Source of the DNA: an uncultured virus (IMG/VR IMGVR_UViG_3300044706_000059)
Taxonomy: Duplodnaviria > Heunggongvirae > Uroviricota > Caudoviricetes > Crassvirales
IMG/VR virus record: IMGVR_UViG_3300044706_000059
Span: 56,332 to 76,331 of that record
DNA: 20,000 nucleotides
Reading direction: 5' to 3' (one strand)
Shown: positions 1-9,864 of the stretch, piece by piece
Layout: every line of letters starts with the position of its first letter
Position numbering within the stretch: the stretch's first letter is position 1
Position numbers and translations under genes: made by a program
Notes under the pieces: generated by a model
Databases searched by the model: none
What the model saw: only the letters and a program-made list of their open reading frames with translations
What the model was told of the DNA's origin: nothing

Positions 1-2
1 CA

Positions 3-2705
3 TACGGATTACCATTTATTGATGAACCGGGAGATAAAAGAACAGGGGTTAAAAATAAAATTTCTGACCAAATAAGATTTGAGAGAAAACTACCGGAAGT
101 GCCAATTATAAAAATGGGCTCGGATGTAGAAAAATTACAATTAGGGAAGGAGTTAGTAGATAGTGGTAAAATAAATCCATTAGATATTGTAAATAGAGTA
201 TTGAATGCGCCAGAAGGGGAACATGGAGTACAACCGAATGAAGTATTAGCATTACAATATTATATGCATCAATTAAATAAACATGAGACTAATTTAAGGG
301 AACAAAAAGCTAGGGCGGAAACTCCCATAGAAGAAGCTGAAATAAATGGGCAATTGCAACAATTGTCTGATGAAATAGACGCTGCTACTAGAGCAAATAA
401 AATAAGTGGGAATGCATGGCATTACGTGGGAGATTTTAGACAAATAGAGGTAGATACTGGTTATAATCCTCACAGAGACGTAGATTTAATTAGAGACGCG
501 TATGGAGGAGAAATTCCTTCGGAAGTAAAAGCTCGGTTGGATAAAGTATTGAAAGAAAGAGATGACGCATTAAATAAATTAGCTAAACTTCAAATAGAAC
601 AGACTAAGCAAGCCGCGGATGAAACTATAAAAAAGGAAAGTCCGCCAAAGAATCCTAAAAAATCAGCTACTGACTTTAAGAATGAACGTACAGAAATAAA
701 AAAATCCATTTCAGATAAATTAAAGAAAGGAAGAACAGGTGAAAGTGGGTTGACTGCCGTTCCATTACCATTTGCAAAAGAACTTATTTCGATAACGCCT
801 GAAATATTCCAGTTAATAAAAAGCTATGCAGAAGAAGGGGTGCAGAAAACAGAGGAAATAATTAACCGTTTACACGAAGTATTAAAAGATGAATTGGATG
901 GTATTCAAAAATCAGATATTGTTAACTTATTGGCTGGTAAGTATAAGGCACAAGGTGAAGAAGTTGACCCGATAGCACAACGAATAAGAGATTATAGAAC
1001 GGAAGCTAATATTTGGACTAAAATTGCTGCCGCGCTTAAAATGGAGGAAGATACGCCTAAGAAAAAAGAGGAAAAGAATAAAAAATTACAGGATTTACGA
1101 GATCGGTTAAATGACATACGGAAGCGCAATAAGGAAGCAGTTAAAGAAATACAATCCATTCTGACACCGGAAATGGCTAAAAAAGAATTAACGGATGCCG
1201 AAAAGGAACTAAATAGGTTAGAAAAGTTAAGAAAGTCAACAGAAACCAAATTTGCTAATAAAAAATATCTACAACCAGAAACTAAAAAAAGTACAGCTCT
1301 TAATACTGCTATAGTAAAAGAAAAACAACGTATAGCGAATGCCCAATATAATATTAGAGTAGAAAAAAGAAAGGCATTTGAATCTCAAAAGAACTTTTAC
1401 CAAAAAGCATTAATGTGGACAGGCAGAGCTATAAGACTTTCTATATTGTCAGGGTATAATGTATTAGGTAAATTGGCTGCTGCTGCTACTATAGGTGGTG
1501 CAGGAAAGCGTATTCCAGAACAAGCAATCGGATTTATTTATGGTCAAGCATTCAGAGGAATAGCCGAGAAAGCGCCAATTGAAGGATTTACAAATGCAAA
1601 GGCAGAAGCTAAATTTTATAAAGAGTTCTTTAATCCAAAAACCTTTGCAAAAAATGCATGGCAAATATTAAAAACTGGAGAATCACCACTAAGCAAACAA
1701 TTTTCAAGTGGACAATATGAACATATTCCCGGCTTATATTTGCCTACTGATTTGCACCAGATTATTAAAGACCCATTGAAACGTGCTACTTATGAAGCAT
1801 CATTGAAAAATGCTATGGTGTGGGCTGAAAGACAAGGGTTAGATATTAACGATGACTTGGTAATGCAGTCATTGCAAACAGCGGCTTACAAACGGGCCCA
1901 GTATGAAATATTCCAAGAATCAAACGTTTTGTCGCGCAAATTTGGTGAATGGAAAAGCAATATGGAGAAAAAGGGTAATTGGGGAGCGACAGGTAAATTT
2001 TTGGCTGATTTCATGGTGCCGGTAAGTACAGTGCCTACTAATATTGCCCGGCGTGTTGTAACTACCTCACCATTAGGACTAATACGCGGGGGAGTTAAAG
2101 TTGTTGAAGCCTACAGAAAAGGAATAGAAAATCTCACCCCAGAAGAGGCCGATTCAGTAATGAAGCAGCTAAAACAGGGTACATTGGGTACGGCTTTATG
2201 GTTAATAGGTTGGTATGGTGCTTCTTATTTTGGTGGTTTATATAGTAAATTCAACCCAAATAAAAGCCGTGATCAGGGCGAATTAAAATCGGATGAAATG
2301 TCGGTAGGAGGGAAAATGATTCCAAAGCCAATACAACACGCGTTACCATTAGAAGTGATTCAATTTGCGGCAACAGCCCGACACGTTTATGATCATTATA
2401 GTGATAAAGGTGCATCCACAGCGGAAACAATTGAGAAAGCAGGCTTAGCAAGCATAGGGGGATTAACTGAACAAATTCCAATCCTTGAATCAGCAGTGCA
2501 CGCTATTGGCGCAACTACCGATCCGTACGAAGCTAAAAAACTAGAAGATGACGCAAAACGTAGGTTTGAACCACAAATTTTGAAAGAAACAGGAATAATA
2601 GGAAAAGAATCTGGTGGTAGCGGAGGTGGTGCCGGCGCTACCGGAACAGTAAGCAAACCAACTAGAGAACATAGACCTACAAGAACACATAAAACTCATA
2701 GATAA
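3..2705 (+). CDS. Large phage protein, 5'-truncated by the window edge (possible internal virion/ejection protein)
   Basis: Frame is open from base 3, so the GTG at 99 is probably not the start. Charged coiled-coil region followed by an amphipathic helical C-terminus; sits before structural genes. Function is inference. Confidence 0.6.
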   Translation, partial: YGLPFIDEPGDKRTGVKNKISDQIRFERKLPEVPIIKMGSDVEKLQLGKELVDSGKINPLDIVNRVLNAPEGEHGVQPNEVLALQYYMHQLNKHETNLREQKARAETPIEEAEINGQLQQLSDEIDAATRANKISGNAWHYVGDFRQIEVDTGYNPHRDVDLIRDAYGGEIPSEVKARLDKVLKERDDALNKLAKLQIEQTKQAADETIKKESPPKNPKKSATDFKNERTEIKKSISDKLKKGRTGESGLTAVPLPFAKELISITPEIFQLIKSYAEEGVQKTEEIINRLHEVLKDELDGIQKSDIVNLLAGKYKAQGEEVDPIAQRIRDYRTEANIWTKIAAALKMEEDTPKKKEEKNKKLQDLRDRLNDIRKRNKEAVKEIQSILTPEMAKKELTDAEKELNRLEKLRKSTETKFANKKYLQPETKKSTALNTAIVKEKQRIANAQYNIRVEKRKAFESQKNFYQKALMWTGRAIRLSILSGYNVLGKLAAAATIGGAGKRIPEQAIGFIYGQAFRGIAEKAPIEGFTNAKAEAKFYKEFFNPKTFAKNAWQILKTGESPLSKQFSSGQYEHIPGLYLPTDLHQIIKDPLKRATYEASLKNAMVWAERQGLDINDDLVMQSLQTAAYKRAQYEIFQESNVLSRKFGEWKSNMEKKGNWGATGKFLADFMVPVSTVPTNIARRVVTTSPLGLIRGGVKVVEAYRKGIENLTPEEADSVMKQLKQGTLGTALWLIGWYGASYFGGLYSKFNPNKSRDQGELKSDEMSVGGKMIPKPIQHALPLEVIQFAATARHVYDHYSDKGASTAETIEKAGLASIGGLTEQIPILESAVHAIGATTDPYEAKKLEDDAKRRFEPQILKETGIIGKESGGSGGGAGATGTVSKPTREHRPTRTHKTHR

Positions 2706-3214
2706 TGGCTAAAAAGATAATGATAAAAGTAGCTCCTCCATCGGGTGACCCAAAAAATCCTACTGTTGATCAGGGACCAGTTATTTTAAGCCCTGGTAAA
2801 ACACCAATAGATCAAAACTTTGATTTAAGGGACAGGATTTATGAATTAATTGGAAGCCAAAACAATCTAAAACCCGGCGATCAGGCGGCCATTTATGCTA
2901 ATTTAACTCGAATGCTGGGAAAGGATAGGGCAACAAAAGTAATGGATCATACGTATCTGTTCAATGCTAAACCAGAATACCAAAAATTGCCAATTGAGGA
3001 AAGAATTAAGCATTTTTACGATATTGGCTCCAATGATCCAGATGTACAAGACATAATGACTAAAACTAAGGTATTAGGCTATGGAACAGGGCAGGGATTC
3101 CGAACTTCACAAAGCCAAATAAATCAAGCATTGGCTGGCCGCATCCCCATTACCGAAACAACCGATATAACGCCTGACGTTCAGAAAAAAATAATGCTTA
3201 AAGTAACCAAATAG
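2705..3214 (+). CDS. Hypothetical phage protein (169 aa)
   Basis: TAATG overlap with upstream stop; followed by terminator hairpin. Confidence 0.8.
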   Translation: MAKKIMIKVAPPSGDPKNPTVDQGPVILSPGKTPIDQNFDLRDRIYELIGSQNNLKPGDQAAIYANLTRMLGKDRATKVMDHTYLFNAKPEYQKLPIEERIKHFYDIGSNDPDVQDIMTKTKVLGYGTGQGFRTSQSQINQALAGRIPITETTDITPDVQKKIMLKVTK

Positions 3215-3236
3215 CACTTTAAAATGTGCTATTTTT
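3209..3236 (+). terminator. Intrinsic terminator-like hairpin
   Basis: AAATAGCAC-N8-GTGCTATTT followed by further Ts. Confidence 0.55.
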
Positions 3237-3267
3237 ATTATATTATTTTGTTAAAGCCTGATTTTGT

Positions 3268-3777
3268 ATGGCATTCAATGGAGCCTTTACAATCACTAGC
3301 GTTATTACGCCGGGGTCATTTATTTTAAATGATACCACTACTGGTTCAGATTCTAATCTGACTGATAGGAAAATTTCTTTATATCAAGCTGATGGAACTT
3401 TATTAGGTGGAGTACCAATTGATTTCCCTTACACTATGGGCAATTCAATTACTTTAAATGTATTGAATATTGATTATTGCCTTCTTATTGCAGTTCAATG
3501 GATAAGTTCATCACCATTACCGCCTCCTTCATCTTACTCAGCATCAGGACTATATAATTTCCTCGGTAACTCTTATTACTTTCTAAACAATTTAATAGGG
3601 GCCATTCAATCCAATCCTAATATTTTAAATGATGTAGGGTTTGATACCAATCTGAGTAAGTTACAAACAGATATAGATTGTAGTAGTCAAGCATCTTCTA
3701 CTGGACAACAGGCAAGTGCGCAAGCAGCCTTATCAAGAATACAATCATTGATTGTTAATCAAAACTATTTTTTCTAA
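3268..3777 (+). CDS. Putative virion structural protein (169 aa)
   Basis: S/T/N-rich, beta-strand-like N-half; TAATG coupling to the next gene; upstream of tail spike. Confidence 0.65.
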   Translation: MAFNGAFTITSVITPGSFILNDTTTGSDSNLTDRKISLYQADGTLLGGVPIDFPYTMGNSITLNVLNIDYCLLIAVQWISSSPLPPPSSYSASGLYNFLGNSYYFLNNLIGAIQSNPNILNDVGFDTNLSKLQTDIDCSSQASSTGQQASAQAALSRIQSLIVNQNYFF

Positions 3778-4349
3778 TGTCAGTAGACGTTGCCTCATAT
3801 ATTCAAATAGCAAAGATTTGCCAATACTTAGCCGCAGATAAAGAATCAACTCAAAATTTATTATTTGGTGGTTATATACGGCCAAATCTTAGTAGGCTAT
3901 TATATATTGTAAGAAATGGGGTTCAATGGTTGTATACTGTTAATCCCGCAGACCCAACTCTTGATGGGAAGGCCATTTATATGTATTCTTTATGTCAGCC
4001 ATTTGTCGGGCAAGCGTTGCAAATAATAGGTAGTGGTGGTAGTGGTACAATAATAAATCCAGCAACGGGTGTAATTTCAACTATTCTTTCTAAGAATATT
4101 GAATTTAAGGTAGGCGACCCAGGGTCGCCCATGAATAATGGAGATACATCTTTAACACTAAATTATTCCTTTATCCTAAATTCAAGTATAATAATATCAG
4201 TAGATGGAGTTGACATGCCTATTGGGGTGACAGATAGAATTTCATTTACTCCTTTTTATAGTTCATTAAGCAGTAGCATATCATTTAACAATCCAGTTTC
4301 TACAGGTCAGTTATATAACATCAAATTCTTACAGTATATAAGTGTATAA
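3777..4349 (+). CDS. Putative virion structural/tail-associated protein (190 aa)
   Basis: Coupled to both neighbours; GSGGSG linker then a small beta-rich domain. Confidence 0.65.
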   Translation: MSVDVASYIQIAKICQYLAADKESTQNLLFGGYIRPNLSRLLYIVRNGVQWLYTVNPADPTLDGKAIYMYSLCQPFVGQALQIIGSGGSGTIINPATGVISTILSKNIEFKVGDPGSPMNNGDTSLTLNYSFILNSSIIISVDGVDMPIGVTDRISFTPFYSSLSSSISFNNPVSTGQLYNIKFLQYISV

Positions 4350-7300
4350 ATGAAACGTTTATTAACCATATTGTTTTTAATAATAAGTATCGTTTGTAAT
4401 GCACAATTACCATTTAATCCGGTTGTAACTCAAACCTCTACAGGTAATTTTAAATGGGGATGGCCCCGAGCAGATTCAGGATTTATAAATGCTGTAAGAG
4501 ATACATTTAATGCCAGGTATTCGGGCTCTCAAATAATTAGAATACAAAACGGCGATACCTCTTTATGGTTTGGAGCAGGTGGGCATTTATGGTTCAAAAA
4601 TTTGCAGGGGAAAGATACCAATTCATTAAGTACAAGAATAAACTTTAAATTAAATACTATAGATACCACTAATAAATGGATTGGGTTGGGTCGGAGAATA
4701 CAGGATACGATGTATAGAATAAATGATTCTACAATAGGCTACACAATTAACCAGGTATTACATACCATCCAGATTTTGGGAAGATCGCAAGGGGGAGGGG
4801 GAGGTTCTGGTACTGTTACCAGCGTGAATATGTCTGTTCCTGCTGCATTAACAGTGAGTGGCGGCCCAATTACTGGAGCAGGTACATTTAATTTATCGGG
4901 AGCCGGCAACTCAGGGCAATATATAAAAGGCAATGGAACATTAGGAACTACTGATACTTCAATGATTACCAATTTCTATTTGAAATCAAGAGGGTTATTA
5001 TCTGGTAATTCGCCTTTATCATACAATAACATAACTGGCATTTTTAGTATTCAAAATGCTAATACTACAGGTCAAAAAGGTGCGGCTACGTTTGTTAACG
5101 CATCCTTTTCGGATAATGGCAGCGGCTTAATTGATCTGGCTGATGTAGTTACAGGTGGCGTTTGTTCTAATTGCAATGTTACATTCGATTCAAAAGGAAG
5201 GGCAACTACCTTCACAGATGGGACGGGAGCAAGTGTAAACGCTAGACGTTCAGTAACCAAAGCTACCCTTGATTCTTTACAGCTTGTTAATGACACTACT
5301 TTAAATGTAGCTACAGGGAGAAAATATGATTATCAATTAGATACTACAGGTCGGCGCGCCTATTATGAAGATAAATATGTTATAGGTAAAAATTATGGTG
5401 AAATAAGAGGTTTGCGACTTCCTGATACTTCTTATGTTTTTAGAGCAAATTCCTCCCAAGTCGTAGGCGATTATGTCTATGACCCAACAGACGTAACTAC
5501 TACGGATGATACTGTGGTTACAATTGTTTCGGGAACTTATAGATACAAGAGATATATCCCTGACGGAGTATATGACCCGCATTGGTGGGGTGCAAAAGCT
5601 AACGGCACCTATGATGATACATGGGCAGTGCAGCAGGCCATAAACGCAGCAAATAAATACACAGGCAACAATGGTACTGTGATACGCTTGACTGGTAATT
5701 ATAAATTTGACCCATCAAACTTTGTATATAATACAGGCAGGGGAATGGTATTTGAAATAACAGGTAATGTACAGTTATTGAACACTTGGCGTATAACAAG
5801 AGGGGTGAGTATAATTGGTAAGGGTGGGGCAACAGCGGAAGCATCATTTGCATGGTCGAACATAGCATCGATTCAATATACCGTGGTAAATACAGGAGCT
5901 CCCAAAGCTGCTGTTGAGTTGACATATGGCGGCAATACTTTGAGAAACCTAACCATTGGTAGTTATGGAGGGATAGGAGTTAAATTAAATGGAACATTTT
6001 TTATACCAGCAGCATTAGCATTGTTGGATAATGTTAGTGCTAGTGTAGGCTCGTATACTGGCAAGCAAACAGGGTTGCTGGTATCGGACTGGTTTTGGTT
6101 TAAATTGGATAACTGTTCGTTTAGCGTGGATGGCACATCTGCGGCAGGCAGTTCGTCTATAAAGCTGGAAGGTAAAACATATTTCCCCGACATCAACTTG
6201 TGCTATCTGGGCGAATTTAATAATTGCACTGCCCAGGGTAGACCAATTAGAATACAAGCCGGTGACACAGCAGACGCAAGTCTAAATGTAGGCATTGTAA
6301 ATATAACTTTTAGAAACTTAACGATAGAAAATGTAGCTCCTGATACTGCCGCCATCATGTTAAACAGTACACGTATTCCCATAGATAATATAGTATTTGA
6401 GCGTCCAGTAATGGTAGATACCTATAACATGGGGTTCTTCATTTATAACGCGGGTAATAATACCACAGGAGTAAAATTACATGATGGTGATTTGTTAAGT
6501 GGACAATTAAAGAAAATATTCGGGGGTGCCGCTATAGTTAATAAGTATTTCACAAGCACTGCTAAACCCATCAATAATTTTGTCTTTAACCCAAATTCAA
6601 GGCAATTGTACGATGATTTTGGTATTAATGGTTCTACAGATAATATAAACATGAATAGGGGATGGAAACCACCATTGGAATTACAGTTGTACGATGGCGG
6701 CCAAATTGCACGAAATGCTGCACGACTAAAAGATTCAGTAATAACTTCGGCCTCGGTTGTAACTGAACCCTTTACTGGATATAATGGAGATACGGTAGCA
6801 ATCAAAGTAACCCCCGATGGAACTAATAGCAACCCTACTATCCAAATAAAACAATATGAGCAAGTTTGGCATACTGGCGATCAAATATATTTCGGTGCAT
6901 GGGTTAAAAGCGATATGATGGACAGCATCTTTTCAACGGCTTTAAAGGCTCAAATAGATGGTGGATATCTTTGGCAGAATACATCTTCGTCCACACTTGT
7001 TTCGGACATAACTTTTATTTCACAACCTAATAATGGATGGAGGTTTTTAATATGCTCAGGGTTAATTGATGCGTCGGCATCAGACCATTCTTCACATAAA
7101 ATGTATTTATACATTAATAGCAACGATACCAATAGAACACACCCATACTATGTTTCTCACGCTTTTGCTTACAAAATAGACAGTGCAACCGCCATAAACC
7201 AAAATGAATTTCTTTCGTGGGTTAAGATGAATGCCGGTGGTCTTTACGCTGTTCCTTCAAAGAGTTATGGGATAAGAGATGATTTGCCATTCTATGTTGG

Positions 7301-8579
7301 AGATAGTACGCGCTTTTTAAAAGGGGTACTGCAACGAATGGATGGTACGGGTACATGGCAGTCAGTGGGAGGTGGAGGCGGTAGTATTACCTTGGCTCCG
7401 ATAGGTTCTAGCCCAAACGCAGACGGCGCTTCCTTTAGCTCTGGAACGCTAACATTACAACCGGCTAATGGTTCATTCGGTGGCGTGGTAACTACGGCTT
7501 CTCAAACATTTGCTGGAACAAAAACATTTAATAATGAAATAATTGTTAGTGGTAATACACCTAATAATCCTACAGGTCTATTCGGAAACATGAATATTCA
7601 GTCGTTTCAAAATCTGAATGGATTTGTTGCCAATAATCTTTATTACAACAACGGAGGTAGCGGATATACGTACCTACAAAATGGACAAGGCGCTCAGTTC
7701 CATTTTTCCTCAGGCGACATATTATTCGAAACAGCCGGCACAGGCACAGCAGGGGGCGCTGCATCGCCTTCTACTATTATGCAAGTTACTAATCCGGGAG
7801 AAGTTTGGACAAGCGGATCTATGTCAGTTGGATCATTGGCAAGCCCTACTTGGAAATTAGATGTTAACGGCCCTATCCGATCAAAAAGTGCAACTGCTGG
7901 ATTAATATTAAACAATAGAGGTACTAATGTTGAATCAATAATGCTTTATAGCCCTAGCGGTGGAGAGCTAGATGTTTACGATTGGACAACAAGTGCTACA
8001 CGGTTCACATTTTTAAGTACAGGGCAACTACAACTTAACAATTATGGTAGCGGCGCGTTTACAGGCACAGCAACTCACACCTTACAGTCTACATCGGACG
8101 GGCATATTATAGAAGGAGCCTTATTCGTTGATAGTGCTATCTGGAAAAATGATGGCACCATGACTGCCAATCATACGCTGAGCGGTAATAGTAAAATATT
8201 GAATATAGGGGCAAGTGGAAGCAAATTAACTAACCTCTATATGTATACAAGCTCAACCATTAATATGTTTGGTGGAGTGGTATACGGCACTGACGCATCC
8301 AATACGGATGCAAATTATACTGTACCCAATAATGTAATTATTGCTGAACTTTCGCCATCATTATCTACAAACAGAACACTAACTCTACCTACTGCTACAT
8401 TAAACGGTACTATGATAACATTGGTAATGAGATATTCAACAAGTACTAATGTTTACAACCTATCAGCAGCGGTAACCGATAATGCGACTGGTACAACATT
8501 TACTCAATTGGATTGGGGGCATACGTATGATTTTTATTATGATCAAGGTCTTTCATGGAGACTTATTAGAAAATATTAA
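4350..8579 (+). CDS. Tail fibre/tail spike with pectate-lyase-3-like beta-helix (putative depolymerase) and N-terminal signal-peptide-like sequence
   Basis: YDPHWWGAKANGTYDDTWAVQQAINAA matches the FGAKGDGxTDDTxAIQxAI beta-helix cap; GGGGSGTVTSV and QTFAGTKTF fibre motifs; G/T/S/N-rich. Confidence 0.8.
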   Translation: MKRLLTILFLIISIVCNAQLPFNPVVTQTSTGNFKWGWPRADSGFINAVRDTFNARYSGSQIIRIQNGDTSLWFGAGGHLWFKNLQGKDTNSLSTRINFKLNTIDTTNKWIGLGRRIQDTMYRINDSTIGYTINQVLHTIQILGRSQGGGGGSGTVTSVNMSVPAALTVSGGPITGAGTFNLSGAGNSGQYIKGNGTLGTTDTSMITNFYLKSRGLLSGNSPLSYNNITGIFSIQNANTTGQKGAATFVNASFSDNGSGLIDLADVVTGGVCSNCNVTFDSKGRATTFTDGTGASVNARRSVTKATLDSLQLVNDTTLNVATGRKYDYQLDTTGRRAYYEDKYVIGKNYGEIRGLRLPDTSYVFRANSSQVVGDYVYDPTDVTTTDDTVVTIVSGTYRYKRYIPDGVYDPHWWGAKANGTYDDTWAVQQAINAANKYTGNNGTVIRLTGNYKFDPSNFVYNTGRGMVFEITGNVQLLNTWRITRGVSIIGKGGATAEASFAWSNIASIQYTVVNTGAPKAAVELTYGGNTLRNLTIGSYGGIGVKLNGTFFIPAALALLDNVSASVGSYTGKQTGLLVSDWFWFKLDNCSFSVDGTSAAGSSSIKLEGKTYFPDINLCYLGEFNNCTAQGRPIRIQAGDTADASLNVGIVNITFRNLTIENVAPDTAAIMLNSTRIPIDNIVFERPVMVDTYNMGFFIYNAGNNTTGVKLHDGDLLSGQLKKIFGGAAIVNKYFTSTAKPINNFVFNPNSRQLYDDFGINGSTDNINMNRGWKPPLELQLYDGGQIARNAARLKDSVITSASVVTEPFTGYNGDTVAIKVTPDGTNSNPTIQIKQYEQVWHTGDQIYFGAWVKSDMMDSIFSTALKAQIDGGYLWQNTSSSTLVSDITFISQPNNGWRFLICSGLIDASASDHSSHKMYLYINSNDTNRTHPYYVSHAFAYKIDSATAINQNEFLSWVKMNAGGLYAVPSKSYGIRDDLPFYVGDSTRFLKGVLQRMDGTGTWQSVGGGGGSITLAPIGSSPNADGASFSSGTLTLQPANGSFGGVVTTASQTFAGTKTFNNEIIVSGNTPNNPTGLFGNMNIQSFQNLNGFVANNLYYNNGGSGYTYLQNGQGAQFHFSSGDILFETAGTGTAGGAASPSTIMQVTNPGEVWTSGSMSVGSLASPTWKLDVNGPIRSKSATAGLILNNRGTNVESIMLYSPSGGELDVYDWTTSATRFTFLSTGQLQLNNYGSGAFTGTATHTLQSTSDGHIIEGALFVDSAIWKNDGTMTANHTLSGNSKILNIGASGSKLTNLYMYTSSTINMFGGVVYGTDASNTDANYTVPNNVIIAELSPSLSTNRTLTLPTATLNGTMITLVMRYSTSTNVYNLSAAVTDNATGTTFTQLDWGHTYDFYYDQGLSWRLIRKY

Positions 8580-8588
8580 ACTAACGGT

Positions 8589-8987
8589 ATGAAAAATTAT
8601 ATCATCTTGGTTATAGGTTGGATTTTAGGACAAATTGCTTATGCCTTTAAAAAATCATGGGAAATACAACGCAACAAACCTAATGTTACCTTTAAAGAAG
8701 CATTAACGATGCATTTTACAAAAGAAACAGCATCCTTTGGATTTGCATTTATAATTCTACTAATAGGGTTGTTTATTCTTCCCAATTTTATAAATATGGA
8801 TTTGACACAAGAAGATGTAAAGAATTTAGAAGTAGCAAAATGGAAAGTTTATTTTATTAATTTTTTAAATGTAGTTGCTGTGATATTTGGTTACTTGTGT
8901 CAAAATATAGGGTGGTTTTTCTTTGGAAAATCTGAAAAAATATTACAACAATCAGCACAACAGGAAGGAATTAATTTACCATCATAA
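8589..8987 (+). CDS. Membrane protein with about 3 TM segments, holin-like
   Basis: Three hydrophobic stretches; located between tail spike and endolysin. Confidence 0.6.
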   Translation: MKNYIILVIGWILGQIAYAFKKSWEIQRNKPNVTFKEALTMHFTKETASFGFAFIILLIGLFILPNFINMDLTQEDVKNLEVAKWKVYFINFLNVVAVIFGYLCQNIGWFFFGKSEKILQQSAQQEGINLPS

Positions 8988-8997
8988 ATAAAAAAGA

Positions 8998-9186
8998 ATG
9001 AAACAAAGACTACTTAATATTTTAAACGAATTGCATCTTCACTGTGAAAAAAATGCACATGATGAAGAACTTAAAGGCATTAAAGATAAATTTCATTCGG
9101 CGATTACGGCAATGGATGAAACAAACGACCCACCTAGTAGCGGAGGCGATCATCCGGAGCCGCCAGATGTTCCGCAGGAAAGCTAA
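8998..9186 (+). CDS. Small hypothetical protein with acidic Pro-rich tail (62 aa)
   Basis: A-rich initiation region 10 bp after previous stop. Confidence 0.6.
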   Translation: MKQRLLNILNELHLHCEKNAHDEELKGIKDKFHSAITAMDETNDPPSSGGDHPEPPDVPQES

Positions 9187-9544
9187 TAATAATGATTTAC
9201 CAGCCTCTATATATTTTTATATTGGAGGCTGTTTATTTTTCCTTGCTTTTGCGAAATTCTATATAACGGGATGGAAACAGTTTTATTACTTATGGAGTTT
9301 TACGAAAGATTTTTTATTTATCTATACCATATACCTTATTAAACCTAAACTGAGAAAAGAACTTTACCCAATTTTATTTTTTGCAGCAATTAGGGCGATA
9401 TGGGAAACAATTTCAATAGCAACTACTCCAAAATTAGATCCCAACAACAGAATAAAGGTAAACTACTTGTTTTACCTCATGTTGGCAATAGTAACCGTGC
9501 ATCTATTAAACCGCTTAAGAAAAAAATGGAAACAAAAATTTTAA
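9167..9544 (+). CDS. Membrane protein with about 4 TM segments (125 aa)
   Basis: Same frame as track ORF 9044-9544; ATG 9167 chosen to minimise overlap with 8998-9186. Confidence 0.6.
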   Translation: MFRRKANNNDLPASIYFYIGGCLFFLAFAKFYITGWKQFYYLWSFTKDFLFIYTIYLIKPKLRKELYPILFFAAIRAIWETISIATTPKLDPNNRIKVNYLFYLMLAIVTVHLLNRLRKKWKQKF

Positions 9545-9744
9545 TGTTTTTATTTAATTGTTGCTATGGAGTATTGATTTTCATAAACATTGAGAATTTC
9601 AAAGGATGGGCCTTGTTCTCAATTGGCTTGCTGTATGGAGTTGCGCGCTTATTTTTCTATGTCATAAAACAGAACCAGGAAAGACGAATGCGTGAATTGG
9701 ACATTATGGAACGGCAAAGAAAAGTTGCGGAAACCTCAAAATAA
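9526..9744 (+). CDS. Putative holin (72 aa, 2 TM, charged C-tail)
   Basis: METKILMFLF... from ATG 9526 within track ORF 9400-9744; two hydrophobic segments and a charged tail. Confidence 0.55.
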   Translation: METKILMFLFNCCYGVLIFINIENFKGWALFSIGLLYGVARLFFYVIKQNQERRMRELDIMERQRKVAETSK

Positions 9745-9755
9745 AATTATATTTG
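9725..9755 (+). promoter_or_regulatory. Bacteroidota sigma-A-type promoter
   Basis: TTG (9725-27), 20 nt spacer, TATATTTG (9748-55). Confidence 0.65.
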
Positions 9756-9759
9756 TAGG

Positions 9760-9850
9760 GCTTAACCAAAATTGGAAGATATGGCGCTCAAAGGTGCAAG
9801 ACGGGAAAATCCTAGTTTTGGTTAAGCACACTTTTGAGCGCCATTCTTAT
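9760..9850 (+). promoter_or_regulatory. Structured leader with two interleaved 16-bp helices upstream of spanin-like and endolysin genes
   Basis: 9760-75 pairs with 9812-27; 9781-96 pairs with 9829-44; G-U pairs favour the + strand. Confidence 0.6.
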
Positions 9851-9864
9851 TTAAAATTTGTAGC

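Noticed and set aside
992..7915. Many short antisense or nested ORFs within the two long + genes
   Set aside because: Shadow ORFs with no independent signals.
9044..9525. Upstream starts at 9044 and 9400 given in the ORF track
   Set aside because: They create long overlaps; ATGs at 9167 and 9526 fit operon packing better.
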